A DNA stretch of 64,000 nucleotides from an uncultured Chloroflexia bacterium (GTDB taxonomy: Bacteria; Chloroflexota; Limnocylindria; Limnocylindrales; CSP1-4). Below, piece after piece: positions 39,013-49,461 of this stretch; position 1 is the stretch's first letter; each line of letters opens with the position of its first letter. The DNA lies in assembly GCA_963768655.1 (NCBI GenBank), contig CAVYIM010000003.1, positions 800,001 through 864,000 of the forward strand. Direction: 5' to 3'. The position numbers and the translations under genes are program-made. The notes under the pieces are model-generated. The model was given only the letters and a program-made list of their open reading frames with translations. It ran no database searches and had not been told where the DNA came from.

Positions 39013-40716
39013 TTGGACGTGACTGGACAAGCTGACCCTCGCGACTCGAGGCTCTACTCGAGCGCCGAGAGGGCCGGATACGCTCTTCCGAACGCACCGT
39101 CGTCGGGTACCGGCAGGCTCAGGAGAGACTGGCCGCTGGCCCTGGGGCTGGCTGCGGTCGCGTTCGACGCAACCTTCAGCATCGCCACGGCGCACGCGCA
39201 CACCCCTGCGGGCGTAACCGAAACGGCAGCGGTTCGGGCCATCGTGGCCGCCGTTCCTCTCGCCGCCGCGGCGCTGGCGGCACTCGCGATCTTCCGGCCG
39301 TGGCCGGCCTTCCTGGCGGTGCTGCTGCTGACGCCGGTATGGGATGCCGCCCAGGTGTCCTGGTATACGGACAACTTCCAGGTGATCATGCAGACGGTCT
39401 TCGTAGTCGCCCTGGGAATCGGCTGTCTCGTGTCGCGAGGTCGCCGGCGCTCGGCGGCAGGTGGGGCCGCCGCGCGGGATTCCTGGTCCGCCTATGTCGC
39501 AGCCCGCACGCTTCGCAGGTTGGCGCCGTCGCTCTCCGCGCGGAGTGTCGCGGGTCTGGCCGTCGTGGGCTTTCTCGCCCTGGCGCTGGCATCGACCCAG
39601 GTCTCGCCGAACTACGTGGAGAGTCGGCTGGTGCTGGCCCACGGGATCCTGGAGCCGATCGCCATGGGCCTCATCCTGCTGGCGTTGCGACCGAATCGAA
39701 CCGATCTCGCTCTGGTCGCCATCGCGCTTGGCGTGTCGGCCGCCATCGGCTGCCTGCTCAACATGCTCCAGACCGTGCCCGCTGCGACATCTCTCTCCAT
39801 GTTGCAGGCCGGGCGATTCGACTTCTCGCTGCTCACGTACAACAACGTCGGGCTCCTCGGTGAGGTGCTGGCGATGGCGGTGCCGCTGCTGGTCGGGACG
39901 CTGCTGGCCTGGCGTTCGCTGCGCCTGGGCGCCTCGACGGTGGTACTCCTTGTCGTGGCGCTGGCGGCCTGCCTGGCGGGCCTGTTCCTGACCTTCTCCA
40001 AGAGCGCCTGGCTGGCGACCTCGATCGCGACGACGCTGCTGCTCGTGCTCGCCGCCCGGAGCTGGCGCGGCCGGGCCGGGATCGTGCTCGCTGCCGGGCT
40101 TCTGACCACCATCGTGATCCCGTGGCCGGCCCTGGTGCTGCAGTACACGCCGACGCTGGACGCCGCCTATCGGACCGTGATGGTGCGGATCGTCGGCGCG
40201 AGCCGGTTCGATTCGTGGAACCCGGCCACCGTCGCCGGCCAGGGTTCGGTGATGTTCCGAGTCCGGGCCATCGAGGCGGGCGTTCACATGGCCGTCAACC
40301 ACCCGCTGCTCGGCGTCGGCCTGGACGAGTTCCACTACTACTACATGCACGGATACGCCGTTCCGCCTATCGACACGTGGATCGACCACGCCCATTCGAT
40401 CTGGCCCGAGCTGGCCGCCGAGCTTGGCTTCCCGGGGGTGGCGCTGGCGGTCGTGATCTACGCGGCCGCGCTGCTGGCGCTCTGGCGGGTCTACCGCAAC
40501 CCGCCCGACGGCGCCACCCGCCTGCTGGCGGCGACGTTCATGGCCGCCATCATCTCGTGGATCATCGTTGCCACCGCCTTCGGCACCGACATCTATCGGT
40601 CGGCGCGGAACATGTCCTCGGAGGTCGTCATGATGGCCGTAATCGTGGCCGCAGCCTTCGCCCTGGCCCGCTACTCCCGCGAGGCGATGGGCCGCCCGGC
40701 CGGCGCCGGACGCTAG
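39013..40716 (+). CDS. O-antigen ligase (Wzy_C)-family membrane protein
   Basis: Many TM segments; LTFSKSAW, HPLLGVG, HAHSIWPELAAELG. Confidence 0.8.
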   Translation: MDVTGQADPRDSRLYSSAERAGYALPNAPSSGTGRLRRDWPLALGLAAVAFDATFSIATAHAHTPAGVTETAAVRAIVAAVPLAAAALAALAIFRPWPAFLAVLLLTPVWDAAQVSWYTDNFQVIMQTVFVVALGIGCLVSRGRRRSAAGGAAARDSWSAYVAARTLRRLAPSLSARSVAGLAVVGFLALALASTQVSPNYVESRLVLAHGILEPIAMGLILLALRPNRTDLALVAIALGVSAAIGCLLNMLQTVPAATSLSMLQAGRFDFSLLTYNNVGLLGEVLAMAVPLLVGTLLAWRSLRLGASTVVLLVVALAACLAGLFLTFSKSAWLATSIATTLLLVLAARSWRGRAGIVLAAGLLTTIVIPWPALVLQYTPTLDAAYRTVMVRIVGASRFDSWNPATVAGQGSVMFRVRAIEAGVHMAVNHPLLGVGLDEFHYYYMHGYAVPPIDTWIDHAHSIWPELAAELGFPGVALAVVIYAAALLALWRVYRNPPDGATRLLAATFMAAIISWIIVATAFGTDIYRSARNMSSEVVMMAVIVAAAFALARYSREAMGRPAGAGR

Positions 40717-40762
40717 CCGGCCGACCCGGCCGCGAGGCCGAAGCGTGGCCTGGGCCGACCGC

Positions 40763-41884
40763 CTACCGGAGCGCCTTTTCGGAGTAGCGCTCGAGCCGCT
40801 CCAGCGCCGCCGGGAGGTCCGTGCGGCCGTACCCGATCCGGAAGTGATTGCCCGTGTCGCCGAAGAGTGTGCCGGGGAGGATCAACGCTCCGGTGTCGCG
40901 AACCAGCTCCTCCGCAAACGAGTCGACCGGCCGATCCGCGAGCAGGCGGGGGAAGCCGACGCTCCCTCCGCGCGGCCGCACCCATTCGAAGACGCCGGCC
41001 CACCGCTCGAAGAACCCATCGAGATGCCGCAGGTTCGCCTCGACGATGGCGCGGTTGCGCGCCAGGACGCGGTCCCGGGCGCGCAGCGCAATGAGAGCCA
41101 GCACCTCGGAAGGGGCCGAGTTGCATATCGTCGTGTAGTCCTTGAATGCGGCGAGCCGGGCCAGCAACCGGCGGTCGCGCGTGGCAATCCAGCCGACGCG
41201 AAGCCCGGCCAGCCCGAACGACTTCGACATGACGCCGATGCTCACGCCCGTCTCGAGCGCATCGGCTCCGGCCGGCAGACGGTCGGTTGGATCGAACTCC
41301 AGGAAACGGTAGACCTCATCGACTATCAGCCGGGCGCCCAATTCGGCCGCCAGCTCGACCAGCCGGTCGAAGGTCGGCCGGTCGCTCAGCGAGCCCGTCG
41401 GGTTGTGCGGCTCGTTGACCAAAATCAGCCGCGTGTGCGGCCGAAGGGCAGCTCGCACGGTCGAGACGTCCAGCCGCCAGCCGTCGGTCTCACGCAGCTC
41501 GATGCGCGACACGTCCGCACCCGCGCCACGCGCCACTTCGGCCAGCGACTGGTACGCAGGCCGGACGATGACGGCATGGTCGCCCGGCCCGAGGAGGACG
41601 TTGTGGAGGGCGAAGATCGCCTCCTCGGCGCCGGAGAAGACCAGCACGTCCTCGGGAGAGACTCGCTCGTACAGCGCCGCTATCTCGGCGCGCAGCGCCG
41701 GGTCGCCCTGGGATTCCGTGTAGCCCAGCCGCAGCTCGTCCCACCGGCGCCGGCAATCTTCGTCCGCCAGCTCGAGAAGGTCGCGGACCGGCCAGCCTTC
41801 CACGTCGGACGCGCACAGAAGCATCTCCGCGCTGAATTCCCAGCGTGCGAAGAAACGCTCCAGGGCGAAGTCGGGCAGACGCAT
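40763..41884 (-). CDS. PLP-dependent aminotransferase class I/II
   Basis: NEPHNPTG, DEVY, MSKSFGLAGLRVGW. Confidence 0.92.
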   Translation of the reverse strand: MRLPDFALERFFARWEFSAEMLLCASDVEGWPVRDLLELADEDCRRRWDELRLGYTESQGDPALRAEIAALYERVSPEDVLVFSGAEEAIFALHNVLLGPGDHAVIVRPAYQSLAEVARGAGADVSRIELRETDGWRLDVSTVRAALRPHTRLILVNEPHNPTGSLSDRPTFDRLVELAAELGARLIVDEVYRFLEFDPTDRLPAGADALETGVSIGVMSKSFGLAGLRVGWIATRDRRLLARLAAFKDYTTICNSAPSEVLALIALRARDRVLARNRAIVEANLRHLDGFFERWAGVFEWVRPRGGSVGFPRLLADRPVDSFAEELVRDTGALILPGTLFGDTGNHFRIGYGRTDLPAALERLERYSEKALR

Positions 41885-42201
41885 CGGAATCCTCCGTGAG
41901 AAGGCCGTCCCGGGTCGAGCGCCGCGATGCAGCCGGCGTGCCGTTCGCGGCGGCCATTCGGATGGTCCTACGGTACCGAATCGCGGGTCGATCCGGGCCG
42001 CCGGGACTGAATGGTCGACCCGCCACGACCGATACCTACAGGGCAGGACGGCCGGACTGTCGATGGTCGACTGCGCGTTGGAGGCCGCGCGTCCGGCACC
42101 ACAAGCCGGGTGCGGCAGTCGTGCTAGCGGGTCGCCACCGATGGAGCCGCAAACCAGCCTCGGGTCGCCAGGCCATCGCCTGAGCGGGCATCCGTGATGC
42201 C

Positions 42202-44517
42202 ATGAACCTGCCTGCGGCTGGCTGGTTGGGCGTACGCCGGCGCCGGCCTGGCATGCCTCCGGTCATCGGCTTCGGTGTGCGCCGCGGGCCCGGCCACACG
42301 GTTCTCGGCCGGATGCAGGATGCGCTGGGTCTCCACGCCCAGCGACCCGGCGTCACCATCGTGATCTTCGGGTTCCTGTTGTGTGCGGCATCGGGGGCGC
42401 TCGAGCTCCTCAACCCGCGCAACTACTGGGTCCTGTTCGAAGACGTCTCGTGCGGAGTGGCGCCCGCGGCCGCGGCCGTCGCCGTGGCCATCGCCGCCAC
42501 CAGGGGTGAGCCCGGTTACCGGCGCTTCCGCGCCTCTCTCGCCGTCGCCCTTGGCCTGACCGCCGTGGGCCAGATCATCGCCGATGCACCGGATATCCTC
42601 AATCGCAGTCTCGGGCCACTGGCCGACGTATCGCAGATCTGCTACGTCATCGGCGCCGTCGTTGGCGTGGCGACGATGATGGTCGCGCTGGCCCGGCGCC
42701 TCGAGCCGGAAGCCAGGCGGGGGGTCATCCTGGACGGCGTCGTGATCATGGCGGCGGCCATGACGCTCGTCCTCGCCGACTGGCTTCACCCGAGCTTCTT
42801 CGCCGGCAGCCAGGTGGTCGACCTCTTCTCCGACCCGACCGCCAAGTTGCTCGTGCCTCTCGTTTCGGCATCGTTCTTCGCCAGCTCGGCTGCCGCGGTC
42901 GTCGCCGCCCTCTCGCTCCGCATCGAGCCCGGCAGGCGCGGCGTCTGGGCCGTCGCCCTGGGGATGGTCCTGATGGCCCTCGCCTGGCACGGCTGGCTCG
43001 AGCGGTTCCTCGTCGGGACGCCGGACTCGATCGAGCCGATGGACATCGTCTTCCCGTTGGGAGCCCTCGTTGCCGGCTACGGCGGAGTGACCTGGAGCCT
43101 TCGCCAGGGCGGCGGACCGAGGTACGAACGCTTCGCTCGAGCCATCGTGGAGTGGCTGCCGATGGTGGCCATCGTGGGTTGCGCCTTCCTCGACGTCATG
43201 CCGCGCGCTCGGCCGCTCGAGGTCGATCCGATAGCCGTTGGCACCTGCTCGGTGGTCCTGCTGACGATGGCTCGCTATCGAATCATTCTCGGGCGCGAGC
43301 GCGTGGCTTCAGAGCGGCTCACGACGGAGATGAGCGAGCGGGCCGCCACGACCGTCTCCCTGGCTCGCCTCGAGGCCGCCGCGACGGTTGAGGAAAGCGC
43401 CGACCGGATCTGCGCCGAGGCGCTGCGTATCGGCGGGATCGACACCGTCATCGTCTTCGCCTTCACCCCGCACGGCGTCGTGCCGCTGGCCCAGGCCGGC
43501 GCCGCCTGCCGCCCCGTGGCCGTCGGTGAACCGATTCCCGAGGATGCGGCCGATGAGTTGCGGGAGCACGCCGATTTCGGCCTCTGGCTGGAGTCGTGGG
43601 TGGAGCGCACGCCGCGAGGGGATTTCGATCGCGCGATCGTGCTCTCGGGTCTCCGGGCGGAAGCGCTGGCTCCCCTCATCTGGAACGACCAGACCATCGG
43701 GCTCCTGGCCATGGGTGCGACCACGCCAAATCACGCCCGACGTCTGTCCGACCGACTCGCGACCCTGACCGAGTTCAGCGTCATGTCCGCCGCCGTGCTC
43801 GGCCCGGCCCTCGCCGAGCGCGGCCAGCGCGAGGAGATGCAGGCCCAGGTGCGCGCGATCATCGCCGACCGGGCATTCCGGCCCGTCTACCAGCCGATCG
43901 TGGACCTGGCGACGGGAAAGCGAGTGGGCTTCGAGGCTCTGGCCCGTTTCTCCGACGGGACCAGGCCCGACCTCTGCTTCCTGGCCGCCGACAAGGTCGG
44001 AATGATGGTCCAGCTCGAGACGGCGGTCCTGCGGGAGCAGGTGGCGCGGGCCCGGCGGCTGCCGGCGGGAAGCTTCCTGAGCCTCAACGTGTCGCCGGCT
44101 CTGGCAACCGCGGTGATCCCGCTGCTCGACGTGCTGGCCGAGGCCGACCGACCGGTCGTTCTGGAGGTCACGGAGCACGTCGAGATCGAGGACTACCCGA
44201 GGCTGCTCGCGGCCCTGGACCAGGTCCGCCCGCACGCGATGCTGGCAGTCGACGACGCCGGCGCCGGCTACGCCGGGCTGCACCACATCCTCGAGCTCCG
44301 TCCGCAATACGTGAAGCTCGACATCTCCCTGGTTCGCAACGTCGATACGGATCCGGCTCGCCAGGCGATGGTCACGGGCATGGCTCACTTCGCCGAGAGC
44401 GTCGGCTGCGCCCTGATTGCGGAGGGAATCGAGACCGCCAACGAGCTGACTGCCTTGCGGCTGCTGAATGTGCAGTTCGGGCAGGGCTTCTTCCTGGCCA
44501 GGCCGGCGGAGGCTTAG
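42202..44517 (+). CDS. Membrane sensor + GAF-like + EAL c-di-GMP phosphodiesterase (start uncertain)
   Basis: TM N-terminus; YQPI, EALARF, LNVS, LEVTE, DDAGAGY, VKLD, AEGIE, GQGF. Confidence 0.9.
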   Translation: MNLPAAGWLGVRRRRPGMPPVIGFGVRRGPGHTVLGRMQDALGLHAQRPGVTIVIFGFLLCAASGALELLNPRNYWVLFEDVSCGVAPAAAAVAVAIAATRGEPGYRRFRASLAVALGLTAVGQIIADAPDILNRSLGPLADVSQICYVIGAVVGVATMMVALARRLEPEARRGVILDGVVIMAAAMTLVLADWLHPSFFAGSQVVDLFSDPTAKLLVPLVSASFFASSAAAVVAALSLRIEPGRRGVWAVALGMVLMALAWHGWLERFLVGTPDSIEPMDIVFPLGALVAGYGGVTWSLRQGGGPRYERFARAIVEWLPMVAIVGCAFLDVMPRARPLEVDPIAVGTCSVVLLTMARYRIILGRERVASERLTTEMSERAATTVSLARLEAAATVEESADRICAEALRIGGIDTVIVFAFTPHGVVPLAQAGAACRPVAVGEPIPEDAADELREHADFGLWLESWVERTPRGDFDRAIVLSGLRAEALAPLIWNDQTIGLLAMGATTPNHARRLSDRLATLTEFSVMSAAVLGPALAERGQREEMQAQVRAIIADRAFRPVYQPIVDLATGKRVGFEALARFSDGTRPDLCFLAADKVGMMVQLETAVLREQVARARRLPAGSFLSLNVSPALATAVIPLLDVLAEADRPVVLEVTEHVEIEDYPRLLAALDQVRPHAMLAVDDAGAGYAGLHHILELRPQYVKLDISLVRNVDTDPARQAMVTGMAHFAESVGCALIAEGIETANELTALRLLNVQFGQGFFLARPAEA

Positions 44518-44857
44518 CTCGAGGCATTGCCGGCGGCGGTTGCGTTGTCGCCGGCCCACCTTCGAGGGCTGGCGCGCTTTGCCCCGGTGAACATGGCGGC
44601 CGTCACTCGCCGCCCGCCACTTCGCCGGCCGGCACTTCGCCGCCCGCTGACTGGCTCAACGTTCCGGCCGGGTGCTCAAACCCACCGGCTGCTTGACCGA
44701 TCCCTCTCGTAGAACCGCTGCGGTTCACCTGCGAACCTGTCAGCGGAGGGTGAGCCAGAATCGACGCCGGATCGAGCCTGCCGCATACCCGCCGGGCGCT
44801 TGTTCGGCGGAGCCGAGTTCCCGCTCAGACTCAGATTGAAGCTGCGAGGGCCAGCCG

Positions 44858-45646
44858 ATGGCCATCGATCCCAAAGACCTGTCGATACACGATGACGTCC
44901 TCGTCGAGACCGAAGTCGACGGCGTCCCGATAGACCTTCCGTCGTTCGTGACGAACGTGCTGGACAGGGAACTCTGGCTGGCTCTACGCCTGGCCGACCC
45001 ACGGCTGCTGCGGATCGAGCAGGGTCAGCGAATTCACCTGACCTTCGATCGCGGCGGAGCCCTGGTCGTCGAGAGCGAGTTCGTGCGTCGTCTTGGCGGC
45101 AACTCCCGAATGGGCACGCAGAGGTCGCGCGTGTTCGCGGTCCGCCGGCCACAGGGGGTGGACCAGGTCCAGCGCCGGGCTCATGTCAGGGTCGATCTGG
45201 AGCGGGACGTTCGGATCAAGTCGTTCGGCGCCCTCGCGGCCGCCAGCGTGGGCACGGGCCACACGCTGAACATCGGCGCCGGGGGCGTTCAGCTCACCAC
45301 GGAGATGCCGCTCATGTTCGGCGATCAGCTGCGCGTGGCCCTCGCCCTGACCGCGCGCGACATCATCGTCGCCGGAGGGCCGGTCGTCCGCATCGACGAG
45401 ATCCCGGCGCCGGTTCCGCCTGGTTCGGCGGGATCGTCGGACGAGCCCAGGATGGTCACCCGAGTCGCCGTCCGCTTCGACAAGATCACCGAGCCGGATC
45501 AGGAGCGGATCACGCGCCACGTTCTCGCGGCCCACAGGCGCCGCATGGCTGATGCCGGCAAGGCAGCGATCCCCGCGATCGATGCCGCAGCAGTGCCTCC
45601 GGCCACGCCGAAAGCCAGCGCTCCGACGCCCGAGCCCGAGCCTTAG
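44858..45646 (+). CDS. PilZ-domain (YcgR-like) c-di-GMP receptor
   Basis: QRRAHVR (RxxxR) and NIGAGG (D/NxS/GxxG). Confidence 0.85.
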   Translation: MAIDPKDLSIHDDVLVETEVDGVPIDLPSFVTNVLDRELWLALRLADPRLLRIEQGQRIHLTFDRGGALVVESEFVRRLGGNSRMGTQRSRVFAVRRPQGVDQVQRRAHVRVDLERDVRIKSFGALAAASVGTGHTLNIGAGGVQLTTEMPLMFGDQLRVALALTARDIIVAGGPVVRIDEIPAPVPPGSAGSSDEPRMVTRVAVRFDKITEPDQERITRHVLAAHRRRMADAGKAAIPAIDAAAVPPATPKASAPTPEPEP

Positions 45647-45778
45647 CCTTAGCCGGCGCGGGCTCGAGCCGCCGCCTGCCTGATCGACGCAGCTCGGATC
45701 CGCGAAGAAACCCGCCCCGCTCGACGCGAGGCGGTGTCCCGAAGAGCGTGAGCTGCGCCCGGTGCGCCACTCCGTCAC

Positions 45779-46504
45779 CTACGGCGTGACGGTGAGCGTT
45801 CCTTGGGAGATCGTCTGGCCGCCCGAAGTCAGCGTGAACGTGTAAGTTCCCGCGTCGAAGGGGATCGCGCTCAGGTCGGAGATGTCGGCGAAGCAGTCGT
45901 ATCCCTGCGTATCGGACGTGTCCATCGCGGTGGCGGGCAGAAACTGGCTGCCGTTCTTGGTGATGGAGAGGTAGACGACGCCGGAACCCTGCCTCGATGA
46001 GAAGATGTACGTTGCGTAGACGGACGTACCTGCCGGAATCGTTGTCACCTGATGGTCGACCTTGCAGCCGGTGTTCTGACCGGCAACCGGCTGGTCGGTC
46101 GAGAAGACCACCTTGCCGGCGTCCTGGACTTGCATGTTGCCCAGGACGTATAGACCGGCGCCGGCGAGCAGCACCAACACCACGACGATCGCGGCGATGA
46201 CCAGCGGCAGGCGCGACCGCTTCGCCGGTGGAGGGGCGGCCCACATTCCGGCGGGCTGTCCGTAAGGTGCCCCGGGCTGACCATAGGGCGCCCCGGGCTG
46301 TCCGTAAGGTGCCCCGGGCTGACCAAACGGGCCGGGCTGACCGGGCTGACTGTACGGACCGGGCTGAGCCCAGGCGGGCGGTGCGTCCGGACCGGGCTGA
46401 GCCCAGGCGGGCGGTGCGTCCGAAGCGGGCGGCGGAGGGGGCGGTGCGTCCGGAGCGGGCGGCGGAGGGGGAGGTGGTGTCTGGCCGAATCCCGAGGGGT
46501 CCAT
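45779..46504 (-). CDS. Pro/Gln/Gly-rich single-pass membrane protein
   Basis: PPPPPAPDA, PPAWAQPG and QPGAPYG repeats, then a TM helix and a beta-rich domain. Confidence 0.75.
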   Translation of the reverse strand: MDPSGFGQTPPPPPPPAPDAPPPPPPASDAPPAWAQPGPDAPPAWAQPGPYSQPGQPGPFGQPGAPYGQPGAPYGQPGAPYGQPAGMWAAPPPAKRSRLPLVIAAIVVVLVLLAGAGLYVLGNMQVQDAGKVVFSTDQPVAGQNTGCKVDHQVTTIPAGTSVYATYIFSSRQGSGVVYLSITKNGSQFLPATAMDTSDTQGYDCFADISDLSAIPFDAGTYTFTLTSGGQTISQGTLTVTP

Positions 46505-46602
46505 CCGATCCTCTTCTTGTCTGCGGTGCCGGAGGGTATTGTTGATGAATCGAATTGGGTAGCGCATCAGGAGCATACGCGCCACTCCTGGGGCCCGTAT
46601 CG

Positions 46603-46628
46603 GTCGTTTCGCACCCTGTTTCGGTTCC
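46603..46628 (-). promoter_or_regulatory. ECF-type promoter GGAAC-N17-CGAC
   Basis: Minus strand reads GGAAC CGAAACAGGGTGCGAAA CGAC. Confidence 0.45.
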
Positions 46629-46756
46629 AGCTTTCGTGTCGCGCAACGGCGGCGACCCGGGCTGCGCATGTCCGGCACAACGGTGCTACGGTCGAACCCG
46701 ACACAGCGCCGAACCACGGTCGGATGGCGAGCGCTTCGTCGGCAAGGAGTCCACCG

Positions 46757-47710
46757 ATGCGACCCTTCTTCGGTTATCACATGCCGAGCTTCACCTTCGC
46801 GGGCGTGCCCGATTCGAAGCTGTTCGACCGCGTGGTCGAGCTGGCTCAATCGGCGGAGGCGGCCGGATTCGATCTCGTGACCGTCATGGACCACTTCTAC
46901 CAGATCGGCGGCGTCGGCTCGGAGACGGAGCCGATGCTCGAGGCGTACACGGCGCTGGGCGGGATCGCGGCGCGGACGGAGCGGGTCATGCTCGGCACGA
47001 TGGTCACCGGAGTGACCTACCGGAACCCGGCCATTCTGGCGAAGACCGTCACCACCCTCGACATCGTTTCGAAGGGCCGGGCGATGCTGGGCATCGGCGC
47101 CGCGTGGAACGAGTCGGAGCACGCCGGCTACGGCATCGGCTTCCCGCCGATCGGCGAGCGTGAGGATCGCCTGGAGGAGGCGCTGACGATCTGCAAGGCG
47201 ATGTTCACGCAGGACCGCCCGAGCTTCGAGGGCCGCTACTACCGCATCGACCGGGCCCTCAACAGTCCGAGGCCGATCCAGCCGGGCGGGCCGAAGATCA
47301 TGGTCGGCGGCGGCGGCGAGAAGCGAACGCTCAAGCTGGCCGCCCGGTTCGCCGACATCACGAACTGGTTCGGCTCGTTCGAGGAGGCTTCGGCCAAGCT
47401 GGCGGTCCTGGATCGCCATTGCGAGGCCATCGGCCGGAATCCGTCCGAGATTCTGCGCACCGTCTCCGTGCCGATCGTTCCCGTGGCCAGCGAGGCCGAC
47501 AAGGCCCGCCTGCTGGAGCGGGTCCCGGCCGAGCGACGGGCGATGGTCAACCCCGTGCTCGTGGAGGAAGGTGCCGCGATCCTGCGGCGCTACATCGATG
47601 CGGGCTTCGGCGGCTTCATCTTCCGCAACGCCGTGATCAAGACGCCGGAAGCCGTGGGGCTCGTGGGCGAGCTGATCGCGACGATGCGATCGCAAGGCGT
47701 ACCCGCATGA
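46757..47710 (+). CDS. LLM-class (probably F420-dependent) oxidoreductase
   Basis: VMDHFYQI, LGTMVTGVTYRNPAILAK, LGIGAAW, MVGGGGEKRTL. Confidence 0.88.
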   Translation: MRPFFGYHMPSFTFAGVPDSKLFDRVVELAQSAEAAGFDLVTVMDHFYQIGGVGSETEPMLEAYTALGGIAARTERVMLGTMVTGVTYRNPAILAKTVTTLDIVSKGRAMLGIGAAWNESEHAGYGIGFPPIGEREDRLEEALTICKAMFTQDRPSFEGRYYRIDRALNSPRPIQPGGPKIMVGGGGEKRTLKLAARFADITNWFGSFEEASAKLAVLDRHCEAIGRNPSEILRTVSVPIVPVASEADKARLLERVPAERRAMVNPVLVEEGAAILRRYIDAGFGGFIFRNAVIKTPEAVGLVGELIATMRSQGVPA

Positions 47711-48105
47711 CGACCCAGATCGACAAGGCGGAGCTGCGGCGGCGACTGACGCCGCTGCAGTACGCGGTCACGCAGGAGGCCGACACGGAGCGGCCATTCA
47801 CCGGCGCCTACTGGGACACCCACGACGCGGGCAGTTACCGCTGCGTCGTCTGCGGCCAGACCCTCTTCGAGTCGACCCAGAAGTACGACAGCCACTGCGG
47901 CTGGCCGAGCTTCTTCGACGTGCTCGACAAATCGAAGGTCACGACGCGCACGGACACCAGCCTGGGCATGAAGCGGACCGAAGTCAGGTGCGCCAACTGC
48001 GGCGCCCATCTGGGCCATCTCTTCGACGACGGCCCCAGGCCCACCGGCCTGCGCTACTGCATCAACTCCGCCTCCCTCGACTTCGAGAAGCGGGCAGGGG
48101 AGTAG
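47707..48105 (+). CDS. msrB: Peptide-methionine (R)-S-oxide reductase
   Basis: TERPF, CVVC, CGWPSF, HLGHLFDDGP..TGLRYCINS. Confidence 0.95.
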   Translation: MTTQIDKAELRRRLTPLQYAVTQEADTERPFTGAYWDTHDAGSYRCVVCGQTLFESTQKYDSHCGWPSFFDVLDKSKVTTRTDTSLGMKRTEVRCANCGAHLGHLFDDGPRPTGLRYCINSASLDFEKRAGE

Positions 48106-48143
48106 CGGAGCGAGCCCGGTGTGGAGCATCTCCAGGCAGCGGC

Positions 48144-49277
48144 TCAGTACGTCGTGATCGACATCTTGGTCGCACCGCCGGTGATCTCGATCTCGTAGCG
48201 GTCGGTCGTCGAGTCCGCGCCCGGCGTCTGGAGGGAGACCTGGCCGCGGCCCTTGTGAACTACGCCGTCGAGGTTGATCTCGCTGGCGCCGCCCCGGACG
48301 GCCAGCCCCGCCGCCACTCCCGCCGGCCTTTGGATTTGGAGGTGGGTCATCCCGCCGCTGATCCGAATCCGAACCACTCCCACCGGCTTTGGCAACCACA
48401 GGTCGATCTTGCTGGCGCCGCCGCGCATCTCGAAGTTTTCGAGTCGCAGCGCGCGCATGTCGGCGGTCAGCCTGGATGCTCCTCCGCGCATCTCCACCGA
48501 CCAGGGCACGGCGGGGTTCAGGGCGATCTCACCGCGATCCTTGCGCCAGTGCGCCGAGACGTCGACGCTCTGGTCGCCGATCTGGGCCCGCCAGTCGAAC
48601 CAGCTGAATCGCGGATAACCCACCGTTACCACGCCATCGCGAACGCGCATCCGCGGCACTGGCCCGTCGAAGCGGGCCCTGTAGAGGTCGGTGAGAGACG
48701 CGTCGCCGCGAACGACGATGCTGGGCGCACCTGAGACGAAGACGAGGCGCCCGCTCGTAACTCCGCCGACCGGAGCCGCGTAGCTGCCGCTCGATCGATC
48801 CTCCGCGGCGGCCGGCCCGCGCAACCGGACGGCCTCGGTGCGAAAGACCTCCGCGCTGCGCGAGAGGTAGTCAGCCAGCACCTGGAGCTGGGCATCGTCG
48901 TATTCGGCGACCGCCGCCTGCCCCGCGGCGCGGAGCGAATCGTGAAGGGCGGACAGGCTGGCCAGTCGCGCCTCGACGGGTTCGACCAGGACGCGGCGCC
49001 GATCGGTCGGATCGGGGATCCGCCGGACATAGCCGGCCTGCTCGAGACGGTCGACCATCCGGGTCGCCGAGCCTGTCGTCAAGCCTGTCAGCTCGGCGAG
49101 GCGTCCTACGGTCAGCGGCCCTTCCTCTATGAGGATGTCCAGGCACTCTACGTCGCTGCCCGCGAGCCCGAGGCGGTCGGCCACCGCCTGGCTGAAGAGC
49201 GTGCCCTGGGCGGAGACCTGGCGACCGGCCCGCACGACCGCCGCGATCAGCTCGTCCCTGGAAACACCGCTTGACAT
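48144..49277 (-). CDS. MarR-family regulator fused to a C-terminal beta-solenoid-like domain
   Basis: LAELTGLTTGSATRMVDRLEQAGYVRR.PDPTDRRRV, followed by repeated GGAS beta strands. Confidence 0.85.
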   Translation of the reverse strand: MSSGVSRDELIAAVVRAGRQVSAQGTLFSQAVADRLGLAGSDVECLDILIEEGPLTVGRLAELTGLTTGSATRMVDRLEQAGYVRRIPDPTDRRRVLVEPVEARLASLSALHDSLRAAGQAAVAEYDDAQLQVLADYLSRSAEVFRTEAVRLRGPAAAEDRSSGSYAAPVGGVTSGRLVFVSGAPSIVVRGDASLTDLYRARFDGPVPRMRVRDGVVTVGYPRFSWFDWRAQIGDQSVDVSAHWRKDRGEIALNPAVPWSVEMRGGASRLTADMRALRLENFEMRGGASKIDLWLPKPVGVVRIRISGGMTHLQIQRPAGVAAGLAVRGGASEINLDGVVHKGRGQVSLQTPGADSTTDRYEIEITGGATKMSITTY

Positions 49278-49297
49278 CGTTCGTCTGCCCTGGCTAT

Positions 49298-49316
49298 TCT
49301 CTGCGCTGCGCAGAGA
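49298..49316. promoter_or_regulatory. MarR operator palindrome
   Basis: TCTCTGCGC-T-GCGCAGAGA perfect inverted repeat between marR and the ABC genes. Confidence 0.7.
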
Positions 49317-49461
49317 TATCATAGCGCAGTAACGCACCGGCACAACACGGCCGATCGAGAACCCGATAGCGCCGAGGATCACCAGTGGAACTCACAACAT
49401 CCCAGTTTGACATCGCGGCGCCGGGCTTGCGACCCGAACGCCGCAGCGGGGGAGGTCGGGC

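Noticed and set aside
44520-44857. c-di-GMP riboswitch upstream of the PilZ gene
   Set aside because: The class I signature (GGCAAAC...GAAA...GACGCAAA) is not visible.
46250-46480. Nested 21-33 bp tandem repeats
   Set aside because: They are explained by coding Pro/Gln/Gly repeats of the membrane protein.
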